A stretch of DNA of 64,000 nucleotides from an uncultured virus (IMG/VR IMGVR_UViG_3300023109_001645) (Duplodnaviria; Heunggongvirae; Uroviricota; Caudoviricetes). How positions within the stretch are numbered: the first letter of the stretch is position 1; every line of letters starts with the position of its first letter. Positions 57,476 through 64,000 of this stretch are shown in pieces. Below the pieces are notes generated by a model. It did no database searches, had not been told where the DNA came from, and saw nothing but the letters and a program-made list of their open reading frames with translations. Where the stretch lies: IMG/VR virus record IMGVR_UViG_3300023109_001645. One strand, written 5' to 3'. The position numbers were made by a program, and so were the translations under genes.

Positions 57476-58689
57476 TGTCAGAAGCACCAGAAAATATATC
57501 TAATAAATTAGAACAGTCAAATGCTATTGTAGTAAATAAATCTTTGCCTTGGAAAAATGAATTAGGACAAACTGTATTTCAAAATGTTGATGATTTAAAT
57601 GCATACGGGAATGAAATTTTTCTAGCAAAAGGGCAATCGACATTAGTTATTGTAATAGACAATGAAGGCGAAGATGTTGACTTTCCTAAAAATAAAAACT
57701 ATTGGGTAGCAAAGTATGTAGATTTTGGTACAAATAATAGAAATAATACCGTAGACATAATGCCTCTAGTTGACTATTATTTTGAATTAAGAGAAGATTT
57801 AGGCAGACAGTGGTATAGGAAAGCTGGCTTTGGACAGGGCGGACGTGGGTCTAAGCCTGAAGGAGCAATAAAATTAGGATGGCATTCTAGATTGCCAATA
57901 TGGGTACCTGATCCTGCACGAGACGATAGTCGTCCTGAAACACAAACTGAAAGCACTACCAGTAAGACTACAGGAAATACAGTTAAAACAACAACTATTG
58001 ACAAAGTAGGCGCTGCTGGAGTTGTTACCCAAAGTGAAACTATACCTGCTGCTGTTGGCTTAGATGCATTTGGCGGAGCAGGCTCAACAGTTAGCAGATC
58101 AGATCCATTAGATGCCTTCGGCGGAGCAGGTCCAGCAGTAACATCAGCTGTTACTGGTGGTAGAGGAAATGGCGCAGCAGAAGTTGCCCAAAGAACTGCT
58201 GACGCTGCTGCAATAAATTTAAATAATGCTGCTGCAACAACAAGCGAAGATCCTTGCTTGCCAAATAATACAGTTTCAGGTTCAGGAGCTAATCCTCCTG
58301 AAAGTGTTCCTTATCAAGATGCAATTTTAAGACAAGCAAGAGCAGCAGCCGCTGCACCTACATCTGTTGATCTAGATGCTAATGATCCAAGAGGGCGCAA
58401 TCAAATTGCTCCAGTAACTCAGCCTGCAACTGATAGTGATCCGGATGCAGAACCAGTACCTTCTACAAACGTATATATATACGAGCCTATGAATATTGGG
58501 TTTGATAGATATGATTTTAACACCGGAAAAAAGGTATTTACGCCTAACAACGGACCAAGTGTAACACCTTCTAGCAGTTCTCCTACAGTGACTGGCGCTG
58601 AAAGTGCCGAAGCAGCCGGCTTTGGATCTTCAAGATACGGTGAATTTGGTCCAACTACTAGACCACAACCTTTAACAGGACCATTTTAA
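57475..58689 (+). CDS. Hypothetical protein with a low-complexity Ala/Thr/Pro C-terminal half
   Basis: 404 aa, coupled by a TAATG overlap, with a repeated LDAFGGAG. Confidence 0.6.
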   Translation: MSEAPENISNKLEQSNAIVVNKSLPWKNELGQTVFQNVDDLNAYGNEIFLAKGQSTLVIVIDNEGEDVDFPKNKNYWVAKYVDFGTNNRNNTVDIMPLVDYYFELREDLGRQWYRKAGFGQGGRGSKPEGAIKLGWHSRLPIWVPDPARDDSRPETQTESTTSKTTGNTVKTTTIDKVGAAGVVTQSETIPAAVGLDAFGGAGSTVSRSDPLDAFGGAGPAVTSAVTGGRGNGAAEVAQRTADAAAINLNNAAATTSEDPCLPNNTVSGSGANPPESVPYQDAILRQARAAAAAPTSVDLDANDPRGRNQIAPVTQPATDSDPDAEPVPSTNVYIYEPMNIGFDRYDFNTGKKVFTPNNGPSVTPSSSSPTVTGAESAEAAGFGSSRYGEFGPTTRPQPLTGPF

Positions 58690-58692
58690 ACA

Positions 58693-61176
58693 ATGTCAAA
58701 TAGTTATACAAGAACGCCAGAACAGGCTCGCAGCGCATTTAAAGACGCTGGGCCTTATGAGGCAATAGTAGTTAACAACTTCGATACTCGATACATGGGA
58801 GGCCTTGTTGTTGAATTATTAAAATATGGAACAGCAGGCGGATCACCTGAGCGTAGTGGACAGCTATTAAATGTAAGATATCTAAGCCCGTTTTACGGTG
58901 TAACACCAAACGCTGCATTAACTGCAAATGACGGATATCAAAATACACAAAAGTCATACGGTATGTGGATGGTACCTCCTGATGTAGGTACTAAAGTACT
59001 AGTAATATTTGCAGAAGGAAATGCAAATTTTGGGTATTGGATTGGCTGTATTCCTGCAGACTATATGAATTTTATGGTTCCTGATGGAAGAGCTTCTACA
59101 GAAAATACTACAGCAGATACTCCAGGACCATTGCGAGGAAGAAAGCTTCCAGTTGGTGAATACAACAAAGCAATTGAAAGCGGATCAAAAGTAGATCCTA
59201 CATTATTTGATAAACCTTACAATAAGGATTTTTCAGAATCATTAGAAATCCAAGGTTTGCTTAATGATGAAGCCCGCGGTACAACAACTACTAGTGCAAG
59301 GCGAGAAATTCCTAGCATGGTATTTGGAATTAGTACACCAGGGCCAAAGGATAGACGTGACGGCGCACCGACAGTAGAAATTGGTACAGCAGGCAGAAAA
59401 GTCCGTGTACCGTCCAACAGATTAGGCGGCAGTGCATTTGTAATGGATGACGGCGACGAAAGATTTGTGCGTACAACACATGCAGAAGACGGTCCGCCGG
59501 TATACAAAAACAAAGGAATCAACGAGCCGGGCGGCGATCGAACTATCCCACAAAATGAATTATTGCGTTTAAGAACCAGAACAGGTCATCAAATATTAAT
59601 GCACAATTCAGAGGATTTAATTTATATTGGAAATGCTAGAGGCACAACGTGGATTGAAATGACCAGTGACGGTAAGATCGATATCCATGCACAAGATAGT
59701 GTCAGTATAATGACCGAAAATGATCTAAACATTACAGCAGAGCGTGATATAAACATGGAAGCTGGCAGAAATGTTAATATCAAAGCAGCTGGCAGAAACA
59801 CCAAAGGCGAGTCCGGTAGAGTGCAAATTGAATCTAAAAATAACTTCAATTTGCATGTTGGCGCCGACAGTAAAATTACAGTGTTAAACAATCATCACGT
59901 TGCTGTAAAGAAGAATCAACATATTGAAACTTCTGGAAATTTGCATATTAGAACAGAACAAGATAATAGATTAACTTCTAACAGTAATACATTTATTAAT
60001 AGTACTAAAGAACATAGAGAAACAGCAACGTATATCCATATGAACGGGCCAATTGCTCCAAAGGCATCTTTGGCAGAACTAGCAGAACCTTTGACAACAA
60101 ATCAACTTCCTAGAATTAAACCTGGAGGAGTAATAACCGGCTATGATAGTATACTAACAAGATCGCCTCAACATGAACCGTGGCCACATCATGAAAACCT
60201 AGATCCAATGTCATTTAAAAAGGTTCAAACTGATAGAGATGCTCCGGGTGCATTACCATCAGCAGACAGAGTTCTTACACCAGATACATTTAATAAAAAT
60301 TTACAAGGCAGAAAAACTAGTGCAATTGTACAAGGCAGCGGCGGCCAAATAAGTACAGGAAATGCAAGTAGACCAGGAGGAAATGGAGTAACTCCGGTAC
60401 CTCCAGGTGATTATAATAGTGATTATAAATTTGATGAAAATATTGGTGCTCTAAGCGAAAAGTATGAATCACGAGGAGATCCAGGAATAATTGGATGGGA
60501 CAGCACAGGCGGGTGGAGCTACGGAAAATATCAATTAGCAGCTAATACTGGAGCACTAAATGAGTTTCATTCTTGGTTAGCAAAAGCGCATCCTGATCTA
60601 GAATCTCAATTATCAGCAGCTGGCGGCCCATCTAGTGCTAGAGCAGGAACTGCTGCATATAAATCAGCATGGAAAAATGTAATGGGAAGCGCCGCTGGAT
60701 CCGCAGCACAAAGTGAATATGCCGGAATACAATATTTTTTACCAGGCGCCCGCAGAGTATTATCGCGCACAGGTCTCGATGTCCAATTAAGATCTTCAAC
60801 TGTGCAACAAATGACATTTTCTACATCTATCCAACACGGCGCAGGCGGCGCTGGAACAGTATTTAATAATGCATTAAAAACTTTAAATTATCCTCCAAGT
60901 ACTCCAACTGCATCAGAGCCTACTGATGCTGCTTTAATTAGAGCAGTTTATGCTCAAAGACGTGCTGACAACGGAATGAAATATTTTCCTAGTAGCAATG
61001 CTGGGGTAAGATCCAGTGTTGTAAATAGATTTCATAATGAAGAAGCAGATGCACTTGTAAGTTTACAACAAGAAATTGATGCAGCTAATGCTAATCCGCC
61101 AACAGTAGACCCTAGTGACAATAGTGCCGCTACATCTACAGTGCGTCCGACATCTTCGCCAAATAACGTACAATAA
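58693..61176 (+). CDS. gp5: Baseplate hub spike gp5/VgrG-like protein with a C-terminal peptidoglycan hydrolase-like domain
   Basis: OB-fold SYGMWMVPPDVGTKVLV.F, RTRTGHQI beta-helix repeats and PQHEPW..HE, then LSEKYESRG....D..GG.SYGKYQLA ... SIQHG ... RF..E. Confidence 0.75.
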   Translation: MSNSYTRTPEQARSAFKDAGPYEAIVVNNFDTRYMGGLVVELLKYGTAGGSPERSGQLLNVRYLSPFYGVTPNAALTANDGYQNTQKSYGMWMVPPDVGTKVLVIFAEGNANFGYWIGCIPADYMNFMVPDGRASTENTTADTPGPLRGRKLPVGEYNKAIESGSKVDPTLFDKPYNKDFSESLEIQGLLNDEARGTTTTSARREIPSMVFGISTPGPKDRRDGAPTVEIGTAGRKVRVPSNRLGGSAFVMDDGDERFVRTTHAEDGPPVYKNKGINEPGGDRTIPQNELLRLRTRTGHQILMHNSEDLIYIGNARGTTWIEMTSDGKIDIHAQDSVSIMTENDLNITAERDINMEAGRNVNIKAAGRNTKGESGRVQIESKNNFNLHVGADSKITVLNNHHVAVKKNQHIETSGNLHIRTEQDNRLTSNSNTFINSTKEHRETATYIHMNGPIAPKASLAELAEPLTTNQLPRIKPGGVITGYDSILTRSPQHEPWPHHENLDPMSFKKVQTDRDAPGALPSADRVLTPDTFNKNLQGRKTSAIVQGSGGQISTGNASRPGGNGVTPVPPGDYNSDYKFDENIGALSEKYESRGDPGIIGWDSTGGWSYGKYQLAANTGALNEFHSWLAKAHPDLESQLSAAGGPSSARAGTAAYKSAWKNVMGSAAGSAAQSEYAGIQYFLPGARRVLSRTGLDVQLRSSTVQQMTFSTSIQHGAGGAGTVFNNALKTLNYPPSTPTASEPTDAALIRAVYAQRRADNGMKYFPSSNAGVRSSVVNRFHNEEADALVSLQQEIDAANANPPTVDPSDNSAATSTVRPTSSPNNVQ

Positions 61177-61192
61177 TTAAGGTAAATATAGT

Positions 61193-61633
61193 ATGAGCCA
61201 ATTAGAAAAAAATCTATATAAAAGAGTAACTGTAAACAATCCTACTCCAGCAGCATCTACTGGCAGAAAATACAGAGGGTTTAGCACAGTTGCAGACGCT
61301 AAAAGTTTTAGTGTATATGATTTTGAATTAATTAAACAGGATTTAATTAACCATTTTCACATAAGACAAACTGAAAAATTAAGCGATCCTACGTTCGGTA
61401 CTATTATATGGGATATACTTTACGAACCGTTTACAATGGAAGTGCAAGAAGCTATTATTGAAGATGTAACTAATATTATAAATTATGATCCGAGAATAAA
61501 AGCAGAAGATATTGTTATAGATACTTACGAACAAGGAATACAAATTGATTGTAAAATAACTGTACTTCCCTTCAACATAACTGATCAATTGCGCTTCAAA
61601 TTTGATAAAGAAAACGGTTTATTGCAGTCTTAA
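61193..61633 (+). CDS. gp25: Baseplate wedge subunit, gp25 family
   Basis: IKQDLINHF.IR..EK...PTFGTIIWD.LYEP and IINYDPRI. Confidence 0.85.
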   Translation: MSQLEKNLYKRVTVNNPTPAASTGRKYRGFSTVADAKSFSVYDFELIKQDLINHFHIRQTEKLSDPTFGTIIWDILYEPFTMEVQEAIIEDVTNIINYDPRIKAEDIVIDTYEQGIQIDCKITVLPFNITDQLRFKFDKENGLLQS

Positions 61634-61691
61634 AATTAAATACGTACATTATCATTTCAGCTAAATATTAGTAATAAACAAGGAAACGTAC

Positions 61692-64000
61692 ATGTCTGCA
61701 AATGATAGACAGTCAAGGCTACTAGTAGCTGAAGACTGGAAAAGAATTTACCAAAGTTTTAGAAACGCTGATTTCCAAAGCTACGATTTTGACAATCTAA
61801 GACGCACAATGATTAATTATTTGCGTCAAAACTATCCTGAAGATTTTAACGACTATATTGAATCTAGTGAATATCTTGCACTGATTGATATGATTGCATT
61901 CCTTGGGCAAAACTTATCATTCCGCATTGATCTAAACGCTCGTGAAAACTTCCTTGAAACAGCAGAACGTAGAGAAAGCGTATTGCGTCTAGCACGTATG
62001 CTGTCTTACAATCCTCGCAGAAATCAAGCAGCAAATGGTTTACTAAAATTTGACACAATTAAAACAACTGAAAATATACTAGATTCAAATGGTCTAAATT
62101 TATCAGGTATTACAGTCAAGTGGAACGATCAAACAAACTCGAATTATTTTGAACAATTTGTTAAGATATTAAATTCAAGTTTGCCTTTGTCTAATTCAAT
62201 TGGTAATCCTTTAAAGTCTGAATTAATTGCAGACGTCCAAACACAAAAATATCGATTCAATGCTACAAACACTGGAAAAGCAATATATCCATTTACAAAA
62301 CGCATCGAAGGTGTAAGCACACGTTTTGAAATTGTAAGTACAGATATAGCAAGTGACAGTATTTTAGAAGAAGCGCCGCTTCCGGGTAATAGTCCTGCGT
62401 TTTTGTTTAGGGATGACGGCCAAGGAGCAGGCAGTAATAATACAGGATTCTTTATGCATTTCCGTCAAGGTAAGCTTGAAACAGGAAATTTTGCAGTAAG
62501 CAATCCAACACCAAATCAAGCTGTACAAATTGATGCTGAAAATATCAACGATAGTGACGTATGGCTATTCGAAGTAAACAGTTCTGGAATTGAAAGTAAT
62601 CAATGGACAAAAATTGATTCAACTGAAGGTAACAATATTATCTATAACAGTTTGTTTAACAAAACTAGAGATGTTTTTGCAGTAACAACACGTATCGGCG
62701 ACCGTATTAATTTAGTTTTCAGTGATGGTGCATTTGGAAATTTGCCATCAGGCAACTTTAGATCATACTACAGAACTAGTAATAATAGACGAAGTGTAAT
62801 TACTCCTAGTGCAGTTAATACTGTTAGCATTGAAATACCGTATCAAGCAAGAAACGGATCTGCACAATTATTAACAGTTGGACTTAAATTAAATTATACA
62901 ATTAGTAATGCTACTGCTAGCGAAACTAATGCAGAAATTAAACAAAACGCTCCTACTACATACTACACACAAAACAGATTAATTACTGGCGAAGATTATA
63001 ACATTGGTCCTCTTGCAATTAGTCAAGATATTATAAAAACTAAAAGTTCCAATAGAATTTCTAGCGGTATAAGCAGATTCTTTGATTTAAAAGATGCCAG
63101 CGGAAAATATTCAAACACTAGTTTGTTTGCAGACGATGGTATACTTTATAAAGAAGAATTTTTTGAAAAGCAATCTTTTACGTTTGCAACACAAACTGAT
63201 ATTGAAGGAATAATATATAATACCGTTGAAGAAATTTTAGGCGGAATCAATGTACAAAATTTTTATCTAGCAAAATATCCAAAAATTATTGTTGGAGATC
63301 TTAATGCAACATGGGATCAGTCAAGTACAAGTACCAATCAGTCTTTAGGTTTAATAAAAGATATTGATTCTAACACATATAGCGTTGGATCATTTACAGC
63401 TAATAGTTTAAGACTGTTAGAACCTGGGTCAATGTTAAAATTTATTGCACCAACAGGAAAACATTTTATGCCAAACGGCACACTAATGGATGATAGTAAT
63501 CAAGGAGATCATCTAGGCAAAACTACTTATAAATGGTGTAAAGTAGTTTCTGTTGCAGGCGACGGCACAACAATTAATGCAGATGGCATTGCTCCTATTA
63601 CACTAACAGATGTTATACCGACTGGAGCAATACTAGAAGAAATTATTCCAAATTTTTCTAAAACATTAATCAATGATGTAAAAACACAAATAATTGATCA
63701 AGTATTTGAATATAAAGATTTTGCACTACGTTACGATCAATATGACAGACAATGGAAAATAGTACTAGCAGAAGATATTAATACACTTAACAAATTTGCA
63801 ACTGGTAAAGCCGGCGACATTACTGGAGAAAACTTAGATTCAAGTTGGATGCTATATTTTAAAACTGACGGTGAAAAATATACTATCACATACCGTAATT
63901 TACGATATGTAATGGAAAGTGCTGAAGAAATTAGATTCTTTTTTGATGCTGCTGATAAAATTTATGATCCAGCAACAGGGCAAATTGTTAGAGATAAAAT
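61692..64000 (+). CDS. gp6: Baseplate wedge subunit gp6, partial (runs off the window end)
   Basis: Absent from the ORF track. Hand translation from ATG 61692 gives MSANDRQ...DFQSYDFDNLRRTMINYL...DFNDYIESSE...ENFLETAERRESVLRLARMLSYNP, and later YYTQNRLITGEDY. AGGA RBS and CTAAATA upstream. Confidence 0.85.
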   Translation, partial: MSANDRQSRLLVAEDWKRIYQSFRNADFQSYDFDNLRRTMINYLRQNYPEDFNDYIESSEYLALIDMIAFLGQNLSFRIDLNARENFLETAERRESVLRLARMLSYNPRRNQAANGLLKFDTIKTTENILDSNGLNLSGITVKWNDQTNSNYFEQFVKILNSSLPLSNSIGNPLKSELIADVQTQKYRFNATNTGKAIYPFTKRIEGVSTRFEIVSTDIASDSILEEAPLPGNSPAFLFRDDGQGAGSNNTGFFMHFRQGKLETGNFAVSNPTPNQAVQIDAENINDSDVWLFEVNSSGIESNQWTKIDSTEGNNIIYNSLFNKTRDVFAVTTRIGDRINLVFSDGAFGNLPSGNFRSYYRTSNNRRSVITPSAVNTVSIEIPYQARNGSAQLLTVGLKLNYTISNATASETNAEIKQNAPTTYYTQNRLITGEDYNIGPLAISQDIIKTKSSNRISSGISRFFDLKDASGKYSNTSLFADDGILYKEEFFEKQSFTFATQTDIEGIIYNTVEEILGGINVQNFYLAKYPKIIVGDLNATWDQSSTSTNQSLGLIKDIDSNTYSVGSFTANSLRLLEPGSMLKFIAPTGKHFMPNGTLMDDSNQGDHLGKTTYKWCKVVSVAGDGTTINADGIAPITLTDVIPTGAILEEIIPNFSKTLINDVKTQIIDQVFEYKDFALRYDQYDRQWKIVLAEDINTLNKFATGKAGDITGENLDSSWMLYFKTDGEKYTITYRNLRYVMESAEEIRFFFDAADKIYDPATGQIVRDK

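Noticed and set aside
1..64000. Alternative genetic code (stop codon reassignment), as in some jumbo phages
   Set aside because: Conserved genes are full length and coding density is high under the standard code.
1..64000. tRNA, rRNA, integrase or transposase genes
   Set aside because: None recognised by eye. Intergenic gaps other than 48303-48826 are short and lack cloverleaf signatures.

Overview
This is a 64 kb, AT-rich, densely coding fragment of a large T4-like (myovirus, probably jumbo) phage genome read in the standard code. From left to right it holds: (1) a partial cupin and a GmhB-like HAD phosphatase; (2) about 35 kb of minus-strand fibre/virion structural genes, with three Cys/Gly-rich paralogs, two Tfa-like partners and a GT9 / SGNH-like / carbamoyltransferase operon embedded among them; (3) a head module (portal gp20, acidic core protein, protease gp21, scaffold gp22, MCP gp23); (4) a tape measure gene facing away from a gp26/gp51-like pair; (5) a small GIY-YIG gene with about 500 nt of structured non-coding sequence downstream; (6) gp46, gp47 and the gp55 late sigma factor; (7) a plus-strand baseplate module (gp48/54-like, gp53-like, hub, gp5 with a C-terminal muramidase-like domain, gp25, partial gp6). 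The strongest leads are the large structured RNA candidate next to the GIY-YIG gene, a textbook -1 frameshift signal fusing the gp26-like and gp51-like ORFs, the Cys/Gly-rich adhesin-like cassettes beside late-expressed sugar-modification enzymes, two structured 5' leaders, and apparently leaderless late transcripts. All family calls come from motif recognition by eye, not from database searches.
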